From: a virus
DNA: 64,000 nt
Direction: 5' to 3' (one strand)
Virus record (IMG/VR): IMGVR_UViG_3300045988_126562
The position numbers and the translations under genes were made by a program. The notes below the pieces were generated by a model. The model did no database searches. It was not told the DNA's origin and saw only the letters and a program-made list of their open reading frames with translations. Shown piece by piece: positions 8,645 through 19,301 of the stretch; position 1 is the stretch's first letter, and every line of letters begins with the position of its first letter.

Positions 8645-10063
8645 ATGATAGTAGCAAATTTCGTTACAAAAAGACCGACAATGTCGGAAACTCACACCTA
8701 TGAAGATTTTTATAAATTCTTAGGTACACGCCCAACAAGATTGGGAGTTATGTCTCGTATGTACCCAGAACTTACAGCAACATTCCTTACTGAATCTCTT
8801 AGAAATATCTTTTACATGGATAATAAGAGACAGCAATATAGGAGTATTGACTCCTTATATTTCGATTGGGATGTTGAAACTAACTACATTAAGAGAGTAG
8901 AGTTCGCAGCAGTTCCTACTGAAACTGGAGAAAATGGATCTGAAATCATTATGTATTTCAAAGAGAGGTACTACGAAAAATATGATATTTTCAAGATTGA
9001 TAAAACTAGGCAGCAATGTTTTGTTGTTGAACGCCCAGTAAGAAAGGCAGATGATATGTGGGAATATGTTGTTAGATTAATTGACAATGATTATTCTTCT
9101 TTACTTGATGTATCTGGATGTCAAATTGGAGACACTACTAGATTCCAATCTAATGCTATGCCAGAAATGCACGAAGAAGGTTATATCAAGTATCAATCTA
9201 ATATTGAAAAACACAGAGGTTATATTACTACTCACCGTGTTGATGTATCATATTCTGCATTATTCGCAGCTATGGAAGATCAATTCATCAGTATTGCAGA
9301 AGGAAAAGACAATGGTTCTTTAAAGGAAACTCTGTACAAGATGAATAAGAAGGAAAAAGACTTATTAAATAGCTTCTTAGAAGTTAGAAATAACGGTCTT
9401 TTATTTAATAAAACAAATGTAGACAAAAATGGTAAGTCTACTATCGTCGATCCTGATACAGGACGTCCAATTTATATTGGAGATGGAGTTATTCCTCAGG
9501 TAGAAAGGTTCGCATCTAAGTACGCGTTCAATAAATTAACTATTCAGGTATTTATGGATGCTATGTCTGCAATGGCAGAAAAGGCTGAACAACCTACAGG
9601 AAATCATTTTGTATTTATTTGCAATGAAAGAATGTGGACTCTTGTTCAACATATCTTAGGTGAATATTTATCTAGGTTTAAGCCAGCTACAGCTTATATG
9701 TATAGTAAGGCAAAGAACGGATACTTAGACGTAGGAGCTACATTCCAAGCATATGAATTTGGAGGAAATACTATCTCATTTAAAGTAGATAGGACGTTCT
9801 CTAGAGAATATGGGATGGAAAAGGCTTATGCTCTGTTACTTGATTTAACAGCTGATAAGTCTACAGGTGAACCTGCAATGCAAATGTTCACTTTAAAGGG
9901 AGGTGACTTCGTTACTAATAAATTCCCAGGAGTTGGTGGTCTTGATGGTCTAAGCTCTGGTATTGTTTCTTCTGCTGTAGCAGCTAGTAAACTTATCAAC
10001 TGGGGATACTCAGGTATCGCTGTATTCTCTCCATACAGGGCATATATTATGGAAGAAATTTAA
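8645..10063 (+). CDS. Major capsid protein (HK97-fold, crAss-like type)
   Basis: 472 aa, directly after the scaffold-like gene, followed by a hairpin, behind a strong host-type promoter. Size and sequence character are consistent with crAss-like MCPs as I recall them. Confidence 0.7.
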   Translation: MIVANFVTKRPTMSETHTYEDFYKFLGTRPTRLGVMSRMYPELTATFLTESLRNIFYMDNKRQQYRSIDSLYFDWDVETNYIKRVEFAAVPTETGENGSEIIMYFKERYYEKYDIFKIDKTRQQCFVVERPVRKADDMWEYVVRLIDNDYSSLLDVSGCQIGDTTRFQSNAMPEMHEEGYIKYQSNIEKHRGYITTHRVDVSYSALFAAMEDQFISIAEGKDNGSLKETLYKMNKKEKDLLNSFLEVRNNGLLFNKTNVDKNGKSTIVDPDTGRPIYIGDGVIPQVERFASKYAFNKLTIQVFMDAMSAMAEKAEQPTGNHFVFICNERMWTLVQHILGEYLSRFKPATAYMYSKAKNGYLDVGATFQAYEFGGNTISFKVDRTFSREYGMEKAYALLLDLTADKSTGEPAMQMFTLKGGDFVTNKFPGVGGLDGLSSGIVSSAVAASKLINWGYSGIAVFSPYRAYIMEEI

Positions 10064-10104
10064 TAAAAGATAACTATAAAATAAAAACATTATATAATAG
10101 ATGA

Positions 10105-10128
10105 GTGGGAGTTGAAAGACACTCCCAC
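10105..10128 (+). terminator. Hairpin downstream of the capsid gene (weak terminator/attenuator)
   Basis: 8-bp stem GTGGGAGT (10105-10112) / ACTCCCAC (10121-10128), 8-nt loop, with only a weak T-run after it. Confidence 0.45.
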
Positions 10129-10167
10129 ACCATTTATATGTATATACAAAAACGATAATGAATTAAT

Positions 10168-10995
10168 ATGGATGATAATAAAATTATACTTAGAAGTGTA
10201 TTTGGTAAAGTAGGACAAGTTTATTCTATTCAACCATGTAAAGATGCAAATGGCAATTGGCCTGATTGTGTCAGACAAGTAGATTCTTTTGGTAATATGA
10301 TTGCTTCAGAATCTGATAGAAATGCTGGAAAACCTTTAATTAAGGTAACAGAGACTTTTAGGATTCAGGATGGCCATGAATTTAACCTTAACGATCCCTG
10401 GGATAAAGCTAGATGGGATGCTATTAAAAACTGTCCTTTAATTGCTCAATCTAGAGGACAAAGAGATGCTAAAGGTAATCTAGTTATTGATGGGGATGCT
10501 AAAAGATATGGAAGAGCTGAACTTTATATAGAAAGACCAGGTTTAGAAGTATCTAAAAAAGTTAGCAGAAGACAAAAGATACATGATGCTGAGACTTACA
10601 TCTTTAATGACCCAAGGGGGGCAGATGGAAGGATTAAGATTGCCAGAATACTTGGTAAGCACATGAGGAATGCTTCCGATGCTGATATTAAAGATTACTT
10701 ATTGGATATAGCTTCTAAGACTCCTGAAAAAATTATTAACTTATACACTGGTGATGATCTAGAGTTAAGAATGTTATTCATGGATGCTAGAGATAAGAAC
10801 ATCATTCGCAGTGTATCTGGCGTTTATGTATATGGCGAAGGAATTTCATTAGGAGGGACAGTTGACGTGGTTATAGCGTGGATGCGTGATCCTAGAAATA
10901 AAAGAACTTTAGACCTTATCAAAAACGATACATATGGTTTAGAGGTAACTAATCCTAATGCAAAGGACAAGCTAAAGATTATTGAAGAACTATAA
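10168..10995 (+). CDS. Capsid-module protein, function unknown
   Basis: 275-aa ORF between the MCP and a strong terminator at 12908. No motif recognised. Confidence 0.4.
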   Translation: MDDNKIILRSVFGKVGQVYSIQPCKDANGNWPDCVRQVDSFGNMIASESDRNAGKPLIKVTETFRIQDGHEFNLNDPWDKARWDAIKNCPLIAQSRGQRDAKGNLVIDGDAKRYGRAELYIERPGLEVSKKVSRRQKIHDAETYIFNDPRGADGRIKIARILGKHMRNASDADIKDYLLDIASKTPEKIINLYTGDDLELRMLFMDARDKNIIRSVSGVYVYGEGISLGGTVDVVIAWMRDPRNKRTLDLIKNDTYGLEVTNPNAKDKLKIIEEL

Positions 10996-11049
10996 TAAAA
11001 TCATACAGCTATTACACTTAAACAATTATATGAGGCGTTGTTAGTTGAG

Positions 11050-11964
11050 ATGAATAAAGTAGAAACTCCATCTTTATTACTTCCAGACTTTAACTATTTA
11101 GTAAATAAAGCAGTATTACAATATATTAATACTAGATATAATATATACGATGCTAATCAACAAATTACTGATGATTTGAGAGTGTTGAAGGCAACTGCTC
11201 TACTTCCAGTTAAGATGGCTGATTATGGGGAAGATAATTCTTCTGCTATTAAAGGTTTATATGGAGCTACTTATGAAGTTGATTTACCAGAAGACTATTT
11301 ACATATTTTAAATTGTGTATGTATTTTTCAAGTAAATGAACAAAAAGACTGTTGGGATAAAGGGGATTTGTGGAATTGTGGAGCACAAAGATTAACATCA
11401 GATATGTGGCCCCTAGTTATAAATAACTTCTACATGAGGCCCTCATACAGGAGACCTTATTATTTTATTCATAATGTAAATACTTCTGTTAACTTACCTA
11501 CTAATCCTTATCAACCTGGAACTTCTTTAGGTTCAGGGACTGATATGAGAAGTGGAACATATAGTGCAGAAGACAATTCTAACCTATCTAGAACTATAAA
11601 AATAGGAAATTCTTCTGAAAGTCTTGTAGAAAAGAATATAGGGCATAGGTTTGGAAACGCTTCTAAAGTTAGAATGGAAGTTCGTTATGGAAAAGACAAT
11701 TCAGTATTTCAATTAATAAATGTTCATATTGATTATTTGAAATCACCCCAACATTTAAGACTAACACAAACTCAGTTAGATTCCACAAGAGATACTTCAC
11801 AAATGATGGAATTTCCTGATTATGTATGTCAAGAGATAATTAATGGGTTGGTAAAATTAGTTATGGAAAACTCAAGTGATCCAAGACTTCAAACAAATAT
11901 ACCAGTTAATCAGACTATAGCCCCACCAGCTCAGCTACAGTCACAACAACCAAATAAAAAATAA
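11050..11964 (+). CDS. Capsid-module protein, function unknown
   Basis: The ORF track starts at TTG 11038; the first ATG is 11050 (MNKVETPS). Confidence 0.4.
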   Translation: MNKVETPSLLLPDFNYLVNKAVLQYINTRYNIYDANQQITDDLRVLKATALLPVKMADYGEDNSSAIKGLYGATYEVDLPEDYLHILNCVCIFQVNEQKDCWDKGDLWNCGAQRLTSDMWPLVINNFYMRPSYRRPYYFIHNVNTSVNLPTNPYQPGTSLGSGTDMRSGTYSAEDNSNLSRTIKIGNSSESLVEKNIGHRFGNASKVRMEVRYGKDNSVFQLINVHIDYLKSPQHLRLTQTQLDSTRDTSQMMEFPDYVCQEIINGLVKLVMENSSDPRLQTNIPVNQTIAPPAQLQSQQPNKK

Positions 11965-11970
11965 TAAACT

Positions 11971-12891
11971 ATGTTTCAATACACAGGCACATACGTACTT
12001 AACACTAATGTAGATTCTAGCGGTAAACCTAAATGGACTTCTCAGGCTGAAGATACTCTTCAAGATCCAGTTGTAAAAGGTAGCTTCAATGTAAAGAGAG
12101 TGAATAAGTTTATTAAGGATAATGTAGTTAGTATCTATAAAAGAGTAGGATATAATCCAACATTTGCTACTATTACATTCAAAATTAAGAATGATGGAGT
12201 AGGTTTGTATAGAATAGCTTTGTACATTGGATATTCTGGAAATAGAGTATCATTCTTCGCTAATGATATGGTATTTCAAGGCAAACCAATGTGGATTGAG
12301 TACGAAATCAAAGACAACAGCGAATTGGCATCTGATATTGCTAAAAGAATAGTAAAAAATGCTGCTCTATATAAACAAATTTGGGATAATAAAGTATTTG
12401 AAATTTCAGCTACTGAAGACACAGTTACAATCACAGCTTGTGATGAATACGAAAGATTCAAGAAAGCTGATATTGAAAAATTCTTAACTGATGATAATAC
12501 TTGCGCTTGCTCTGATGTATGCTCTTGTAGTTATCAAGTAATTAAGAGTGCCTTAGATGCTTCTAATCCAGAACATGATGGAGAAAATACTATTACACAA
12601 GGAAAAGAAGGATTTGGCACATATACTAATATTATTCATGATTTAAGATTACCTACTATGGAAGCTATACGTTTTGGTGGTATCAACCAAGAGGAACTTC
12701 CTATTCCTGGAGCTTTATACAATCAGTATACTCTTACTTATTGTAAGCGCAGAGGAATTATGGGATCTGATGCAGTTGGGCAGGTTGTAAAATCTGCAAC
12801 TACTCATGTATTCTATGTAAAAACTGATATTGCTGCTGAATTTGAAGCAGCATTAGCTAATGTAGGTACTATTGAAGAAATTAGAGGTTAA
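11971..12891 (+). CDS. Capsid-module protein (possible auxiliary/decoration protein)
   Basis: 306-aa ORF and last gene of the promoter-to-terminator unit 7441-12942, which also contains the scaffold and MCP genes. Confidence 0.35.
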   Translation: MFQYTGTYVLNTNVDSSGKPKWTSQAEDTLQDPVVKGSFNVKRVNKFIKDNVVSIYKRVGYNPTFATITFKIKNDGVGLYRIALYIGYSGNRVSFFANDMVFQGKPMWIEYEIKDNSELASDIAKRIVKNAALYKQIWDNKVFEISATEDTVTITACDEYERFKKADIEKFLTDDNTCACSDVCSCSYQVIKSALDASNPEHDGENTITQGKEGFGTYTNIIHDLRLPTMEAIRFGGINQEELPIPGALYNQYTLTYCKRRGIMGSDAVGQVVKSATTHVFYVKTDIAAEFEAALANVGTIEEIRG

Positions 12892-12907
12892 AAATCAATA
12901 ACTTATA

Positions 12908-12942
12908 AAAGGCGGAGGGCGAAGAAGCCTTTCGCCTTTTTT
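12908..12942 (+). terminator. Rho-independent terminator
   Basis: AAAGGCGGAGGGC (12908-12920) pairs with GCCTTTCGCCTTT (12927-12939): 13 bp including 2 G-U pairs, with loop GAAGAA. The stem is followed by further T residues. Confidence 0.8.
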
Positions 12943-12955
12943 ATTATATAAAAAT

Positions 12956-13633
12956 ATGGTATTTGAAAAACTTTCTTCTGCAATATTTAATGATATAATA
13001 TCAGGCTTAAGAGGATATGCTTCTAATATATCCATGTCTTTAGAGCAACTAGAAGATGATATTGTTGATGAGAGGTTGCAGATAATAAAGGAATATTTTA
13101 TTAAAGGACTGGTTCCAAGAAGGGATTTAATGCTATCTCTTAATTGTGTAGAGCTGGATTGTGAATCTATGGACAGGTGTAGGTGTGGCAAAATGAGTGA
13201 TTGTGATGAATTAGTGGCACACTTTGAAATACCCCAGATATTAGGTGATTTCGGATCAGAAGCTATAGATTATATAGGTTCCACAGATAGACAAGTTCCA
13301 TTTATAGTATATACTAGTCCTCAATTCTGGAGGTATAGGAAATATAGAAAAAGAGGTAAAAATAGACCTTATGTTTTTATAGACACTACTCCTAATAAAA
13401 ATAATATGTATGATTGTTTTGTCTTTAACGCACCACTTCTTAAACAAATTTCAGTAGTAGCTATATTTAAAGATCCAAGACAGTTAGAACATTATGGATG
13501 TTGCCCAATAGGAGATATAGACAATTTTACCTTTATAAATAATGAAATAAAAAGAAGATTAACAGAAAAGAAGATTCGTTATTACCGTCAGTTACAACCA
13601 GTTCCAACCATTAATGATCAAGTTAACAGATGA
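12956..13633 (+). CDS. Putative head-tail connector/adaptor-region protein
   Basis: 225-aa ORF placed between the capsid genes and the giant tail genes. Assignment is by position only. Confidence 0.3.
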   Translation: MVFEKLSSAIFNDIISGLRGYASNISMSLEQLEDDIVDERLQIIKEYFIKGLVPRRDLMLSLNCVELDCESMDRCRCGKMSDCDELVAHFEIPQILGDFGSEAIDYIGSTDRQVPFIVYTSPQFWRYRKYRKRGKNRPYVFIDTTPNKNNMYDCFVFNAPLLKQISVVAIFKDPRQLEHYGCCPIGDIDNFTFINNEIKRRLTEKKIRYYRQLQPVPTINDQVNR

Positions 13634-14319
13634 ATGATTTTAATTATATATATACTATGGCTAATTCTCTATATGGCTTAGAACTAGAACCCGAAGAATT
13701 TGAGGAATTAGGACTTGTAGCTTGGAATTTAATAGGGAATAAGACTGTAAGATTATACAAGTATTGTTCTAGAATATCTTGCGAGGACTTATCTATTAAA
13801 CTTCCCTGCAACTGTGATATAATAGAAGCAGTGACTTACAATCACGAAGATTGGAACTATAGCACTAATAAAACAGTCAATGGAGATTATAACTCTCAGT
13901 TTACTGAACAATATATAGAAGCTAGGAAGTTATATCCTAATCCATTATACGTAAGTGGTAAATATGCTAAATATGAAAGGGTAGGAGATATTCTATATTT
14001 TGATAGGGACTATGGACAAGTAACAATACTATATAAAGGAGTTATTTTAGATGAAGATGGACTACCCCAAGTAACAGAAAAGGAGGCATTAGCTATATCC
14101 ACGTATATAGCCTTTGCCAAAAAGCAAAAACAAGGGTGGATTACTAATAATCAAAATTTAATTCAAATGGCTCAATATTTGTATCAACAATGGCTTAAGT
14201 ATTGTGATTCCGCAAGAGTTCCTATAAGCATTAGCCAGAATGAGATGAATGAGATTCTTGAAGCTAAATCTAGATGGGATAGGAAGATATTTAATAAGGC
14301 ATATAAACCTGTTAAATAA
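13630..14319 (+). CDS. Putative head-tail connector/adaptor-region protein
   Basis: 229-aa ORF whose start overlaps the upstream stop (ATGA at 13630-13633). Assignment is by position only. Confidence 0.3.
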   Translation: MNDFNYIYTMANSLYGLELEPEEFEELGLVAWNLIGNKTVRLYKYCSRISCEDLSIKLPCNCDIIEAVTYNHEDWNYSTNKTVNGDYNSQFTEQYIEARKLYPNPLYVSGKYAKYERVGDILYFDRDYGQVTILYKGVILDEDGLPQVTEKEALAISTYIAFAKKQKQGWITNNQNLIQMAQYLYQQWLKYCDSARVPISISQNEMNEILEAKSRWDRKIFNKAYKPVK

Positions 14320-14320
14320 T

Positions 14321-14758
14321 ATGAACTTTGCAACTGGATATGCTTTTAATACAAAAGACTTATTTGCAAACTTCCCCATTAAGAAAATGAAAATAAGTGG
14401 GGAAGCTTGTAAGTCTTTACTTGGATATTTAGACAAACGTGCTCTAGCTATAAGAATATTTCTTTATGCAGTAAAAATTATACTGTTAGATATTATAAAC
14501 AATAATGTTACATTTAAATTACCTACCAGGAGAGAATGCTATTTAAATATAGTAGGAACTTTTGGAGAGGACTTTAAAAAAGCCAGAAGAAATGGTAAAT
14601 GGATTGATGTTGATTATTTAAAATCTGATTTTACTGGCTACCAAATGCAGTTTATGTATTTAGCTAACGAAAGAGAAATTAAAAAGAAAGTTTATCTAAG
14701 TAAATGGATGAGAGATAAAATTACAGAAAATACAAATAAAGGAATGCAATATTATTAA
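14321..14758 (+). CDS. Hypothetical basic protein
   Basis: The ORF-track start at 14249 overlaps the previous gene by 71 nt. The ATG at 14321 (MNFATGYAF) follows the upstream TAA (14317-14319) by 1 nt and is preferred. Confidence 0.4.
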   Translation: MNFATGYAFNTKDLFANFPIKKMKISGEACKSLLGYLDKRALAIRIFLYAVKIILLDIINNNVTFKLPTRRECYLNIVGTFGEDFKKARRNGKWIDVDYLKSDFTGYQMQFMYLANEREIKKKVYLSKWMRDKITENTNKGMQYY

Positions 14759-14766
14759 TTATTAAT

Positions 14767-15324
14767 ATGGTAAAGACTGTTAGTGATTATTATGATGTGG
14801 TTGCAGATAAGTTTCCTACCGTTCCTAAAAAAGATATAGAAAGAATTTTGAATTTCGGCTGGAAATCACTATATTTGCACAATGTTTATGGTGGAGATAC
14901 TTTATTGAAAGATGATGCTATAAATAAGTATTTATTCTATATAGGAGAGCTAACATTTGATTCTCTTAAACACTTCCATTACTATATTAAAAAAATGTCA
15001 GTTAAATTAAGAGTGTTATATAATAGAGCCAAAGACAAATGGGATGGATATTATTATTTTGGGTTAACTCAGAATCAATATAATAACTATTTATCCCAAA
15101 ACAATAAGCGGGGAAGGAAAAGAAAGAAATTTAAATTTGGATCTATTAAGTTATATAAAATTTTAGAAGAATGTAAGCTAAGAGAATATAATAAAGAATA
15201 CTTCTTTAGAGTTCCTTATATATTAGATGCAGGATTTACTATATTAGAAAATGATTATGAAACAAGTAAGGCGGAGTATTTACTATATAGAAAATGTGAA
15301 GGCTTTGCCTCATTAAACAAATAA
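14767..15324 (+). CDS. Hypothetical basic, Tyr-rich protein
   Basis: 185-aa ORF containing a KRGRKRKKFKF patch. Confidence 0.4.
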   Translation: MVKTVSDYYDVVADKFPTVPKKDIERILNFGWKSLYLHNVYGGDTLLKDDAINKYLFYIGELTFDSLKHFHYYIKKMSVKLRVLYNRAKDKWDGYYYFGLTQNQYNNYLSQNNKRGRKRKKFKFGSIKLYKILEECKLREYNKEYFFRVPYILDAGFTILENDYETSKAEYLLYRKCEGFASLNK

Positions 15325-15326
15325 AT

Positions 15327-18300
15327 ATGAGCAAACAAGAATCTACTAATACTTTTAGTGAAGGACTAGTAATGGACTTAAATCCACTAACTACTCCAAA
15401 TAATGTTCTAACTAATGCTTTAAATGCAACTTTAATTACTTATAATGGAAATGAATTTGTACTCCAAAACGATTTAGGTAATGGAAGGGTAGAGACAGCA
15501 AAGCTTCCTACTGGGTTTGTTCCTTTAGGAGTTAAAGAATATGGGGGAATAATATATGTAGCATCATATAACCCCATTACTAATGAGGGCCAACTTGGAA
15601 GTTTTCCTTCTCCAGAAAGAAATTTATCTCAGAATGAAATAAGTGATAAAAGAACTGTTGTAACAAAAGGACAATTTACTGATTCTTCTGGACAAATAGA
15701 TAAATATTATATAAGGTATGATTTAATGCCAGATAATATGACTTTAAATCCAGGAGATAAATTTGGAATATATATAGGAGGAAGTCCTTATAACATAATA
15801 AGTTATAAAGATGAAGATAGGCCGAGGCTGGTTACTTTTCATCCGGCCATATTAGATGATTTAGGAAATATAAGTTATATAGATGATGAATGTAAAGTAG
15901 AAGGAATATTATCTAGGGGAATTGTATTTGGAGAGGCTCCTTCAATAGGGGGGAATGTGGATGATCAAGAGGTATTTGATTCTTTACTTGTTTATAAAGG
16001 AAAAAAATCCGGAAAATTATTACTAATAGTAGAATTAGAAACTTTAGAGGATTTTGTAGTAAGTAGAGGTATAATTTCTTATAAAGACCCAACTAAATCT
16101 GGAAATCCTATAATATCTACCGGTTCATCAGATACAGGATATTCAGACGATAGAAAAGAAAATGAGGATACTAAAAACGTAGGGTTTGCTGTTAAATTCT
16201 ATTGCTCTGGATGGCCAAAAGTAGATAATGACTACATACATTTCAAAGGTGTAAAATTTATAGGTAATGGTGAAGAGTCAGAATTTGAAATAACTTCTCC
16301 TGATTTGCAATCTATGACATTTGCATTTGGAGGATTTAAAAAAGGAGAGCAAGATAATTTATTAAAATATAAAATAATACCATATACTGAATTAGGCCCC
16401 AATATATCTTTAGCTAGAACTGGAATAATAAATTTTAATCTATTGGGTACTGGTAATATAATATTAAACGAATGGAGATATTATGTTGAAGGTAATAAGT
16501 TAAGATTAAATTATGGGTTCGATGTTAATCTGTTGGAAGGAGAATCCGTGAAAGAAGTAACTATGGAGTTTTATGATGTATTCTACGGATTAAACTATTA
16601 TGAAAAAGGACATATTTTTAATTGTAAATCTACAATTAATGGGAATTTTAACGGAAGTTATACTGAATATTTTGATATGCCCTATGACTTAAAGTATACT
16701 GACAAATATGATGAGGAAGAATCAAATTTGGATTATATATATAATAATATATTAGGGGATAATTTTAAGCTAAAGAATAATCAACTATTAAGAAATAATT
16801 TTTATTTAGTAAGAATTACTCTTAAAACAGTTGGATTAATAAATAAAGAAAACAAAGAACAATCAACAGAAAAATATTTTTATAGATTTTTATATACAAA
16901 TGGAATATTTAATAAACAATATATAGAAGGAGAAATAACTAATTTTTCTACAATATTGGTAGATCCTTATAAGGTTAAATTAAAAACCTCTTTATCTGAA
17001 TCTACTGATTTTAGTAACAATACAGATTTTAAAGTAGAATATTATAATTCTCCTACTGCTAATGGATACACTACTGGTGTGCAAGCAGTAGCCCCAGATG
17101 ATGTTACTTCTTTAGAAGAGTATAAATCATCTCCTTTGAAAGCTAATTTATTCCAAGATTGGGGCACTAGTGGCACAAGTAAAATGACCATTACAGCTGA
17201 TGTAAAAAATATAGATTCTTCTAAACCTTTAGAAGATGATAATTACTACCAATTTGGTGAGTATGCTCCAGGATTTTTTAAGCTAAATGATGGAGCTTTA
17301 ACTATAGATAATTGTAAAGTAGTATACGATAACTCTAAATTTGAATTACAGACGTATGGAGGGTCAGCTAGTGATGAAGAGATAAAATATGTAGATATAA
17401 CTAAAGATACAGAAGGAGAAACTCCTAATAAAGAAGTCCCGTACAAGAATATCAAGGGAGAATTACCAGAAGAAGTCAGTTCTATACTGGGGAAAACCTC
17501 TTATAGTTCAGATGATGAAACAGTATTAAAGACTTTTGAAGAGTTAAAAGACAGACAATTTTTCGATATAAGTGGATCATTCAATCAGCAATCTGAAGAG
17601 GGAAAAGATTCAGTTGTTACCTTGCCAACTATAAGTGGCAGGTTAATAAGAAGAGCTGCATCAAATAGAGAATTTGAAAATAAAACTATGGAATGTGAAG
17701 AAGCTAGACCTTGTTTTTATAAACAAATGTCTCCAGAAGAACAAAATGTGATGATATTAGGAAATTCTAGAACATCAAATGGGGATTTATCTGAACAAGG
17801 TATGCAGATAGCCTATTCAGGAGACTGGGACGGTAATGACGATAATTCTTTTTACTTCAGTAATAGTGAAAATGAAAAGACGGGAGAAGGTAATGGAGAT
17901 ACATTACTTATACATAGAAGTGACTTAGGAGCTGATGGTCACAATCATATACCTCATGAGGAAGTTATGAGAGCATTTGCAGATAATATGAATAGTGTGC
18001 TATCTCATTCGGCTATATGGCCATTTACAGCTAAATTAGATTCCAACTTAAAAAAGACAGGTAGATATAAAGCATTTACTCCAGGAGTATACCGTACCTC
18101 TGGTCAAATAAATGGTTCCATATTTATGTCTGCTAATACTTATGATAGATGTAAGATATATAGATGGGGGGCTACATCAGCTTTATGGAGAACTAATATA
18201 AGCACAGAGGAATCTCCAGATTATGCTTTTATAAATCTTGGTGGAAGTAATTATAAAACCTTTATAAAATATATGCAGAAATTATTATCTAATATGTATA

Positions 18301-19301
18301 TAGTCCAACCTAAGGTTAATAGAACATTAATGGTAAGAGGATCAGAAAGATATGCTTATTCAAATCAATACTCTACTAAAGTAAACATAGGTATAAAAAT
18401 TGGAAGCAAAGATAAGGATGGGAATATAAACTTGGATATGATTTCTCTAAATCACTCCCCAGTTAAACTTTATCCTAAAGACGGAAAAGAAAGGTATTTT
18501 GATGTTAAAACAGTAGCAGAAGAGATAGAATCTTTAGGTTCTGGAGATAGCAAGTGGAAACTAGAGGAAGATAAATGGTATAAATCCATAGAAGATATAT
18601 CTGGAGAACCTAATGTACATCAATGTAGTTATATGAATATTCCTTATCCATTTATAAGAAAGGAATATGAGAATAATGATGATACTGAAAGAAAGACAGC
18701 AGGAGATAACCCAAAGCCAGGAGTAGAATATGACACTACTTTATTATTCGAATTAACACAAGAAAACTCTAGTGATTTGTATTTAGGATTTTCCTTAGAA
18801 TTAGGAGGATCAATGGATATAACAAATATAGTAGGTTCTTGGGATAAATTAGAGACAAGCATACAATATATATACATAGAAGATGGAGATACTTTCAAGA
18901 TGGGTAAATTTGTAGACTATTTAAACACTCCTTTAAATAAGTCGAGTATATATTATCTAACAGAGGATAATAAACTGATATCTGGAAGTAGTGATAAATT
19001 AAGTGATATAAAACTAAAAGATATAAAATATAAAAAAATGCTTAAAAATCTGTTTGTATTGAAAGAACAAAACGGATTTAAAATTCCAGTATTAAATAAA
19101 TCAGCTATAACTACCCAAGTTTATGCCTTCTTTGTTAGTACAAATAATAATGGTAAATCTAGATTGGAAAGGATAGACTGGTATCTTAAGGCTGGAGATA
19201 CTCAATGGCCTTATTACACTGATGCATACTTTGGGTTAGAAACAGCCAGTATGAGTGGAACTGGAGACTTTGTGAGCAGTAATACAAAAGTATCAGGATA
19301 A
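15327..19301 (+). CDS. Large tail structural protein (tail hub/tubular-type)
   Basis: 1324 aa. The N-terminus (TFSEGLVMDLNPLTTPNNVLTNALNATLITYNGNEFVLQNDLGN) resembles the N-termini of podovirus tail tubular/hub proteins. It lies after the connector-sized genes. Confidence 0.45.
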   Translation: MSKQESTNTFSEGLVMDLNPLTTPNNVLTNALNATLITYNGNEFVLQNDLGNGRVETAKLPTGFVPLGVKEYGGIIYVASYNPITNEGQLGSFPSPERNLSQNEISDKRTVVTKGQFTDSSGQIDKYYIRYDLMPDNMTLNPGDKFGIYIGGSPYNIISYKDEDRPRLVTFHPAILDDLGNISYIDDECKVEGILSRGIVFGEAPSIGGNVDDQEVFDSLLVYKGKKSGKLLLIVELETLEDFVVSRGIISYKDPTKSGNPIISTGSSDTGYSDDRKENEDTKNVGFAVKFYCSGWPKVDNDYIHFKGVKFIGNGEESEFEITSPDLQSMTFAFGGFKKGEQDNLLKYKIIPYTELGPNISLARTGIINFNLLGTGNIILNEWRYYVEGNKLRLNYGFDVNLLEGESVKEVTMEFYDVFYGLNYYEKGHIFNCKSTINGNFNGSYTEYFDMPYDLKYTDKYDEEESNLDYIYNNILGDNFKLKNNQLLRNNFYLVRITLKTVGLINKENKEQSTEKYFYRFLYTNGIFNKQYIEGEITNFSTILVDPYKVKLKTSLSESTDFSNNTDFKVEYYNSPTANGYTTGVQAVAPDDVTSLEEYKSSPLKANLFQDWGTSGTSKMTITADVKNIDSSKPLEDDNYYQFGEYAPGFFKLNDGALTIDNCKVVYDNSKFELQTYGGSASDEEIKYVDITKDTEGETPNKEVPYKNIKGELPEEVSSILGKTSYSSDDETVLKTFEELKDRQFFDISGSFNQQSEEGKDSVVTLPTISGRLIRRAASNREFENKTMECEEARPCFYKQMSPEEQNVMILGNSRTSNGDLSEQGMQIAYSGDWDGNDDNSFYFSNSENEKTGEGNGDTLLIHRSDLGADGHNHIPHEEVMRAFADNMNSVLSHSAIWPFTAKLDSNLKKTGRYKAFTPGVYRTSGQINGSIFMSANTYDRCKIYRWGATSALWRTNISTEESPDYAFINLGGSNYKTFIKYMQKLLSNMYIVQPKVNRTLMVRGSERYAYSNQYSTKVNIGIKIGSKDKDGNINLDMISLNHSPVKLYPKDGKERYFDVKTVAEEIESLGSGDSKWKLEEDKWYKSIEDISGEPNVHQCSYMNIPYPFIRKEYENNDDTERKTAGDNPKPGVEYDTTLLFELTQENSSDLYLGFSLELGGSMDITNIVGSWDKLETSIQYIYIEDGDTFKMGKFVDYLNTPLNKSSIYYLTEDNKLISGSSDKLSDIKLKDIKYKKMLKNLFVLKEQNGFKIPVLNKSAITTQVYAFFVSTNNNGKSRLERIDWYLKAGDTQWPYYTDAYFGLETASMSGTGDFVSSNTKVSG

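Noticed and set aside
12895-13191. 98-aa minus-strand ORF
   Set aside because: It spans the strong plus-strand terminator at 12908-12942 and is antisense to the 225-aa gene, inside a block that is otherwise entirely plus-strand.
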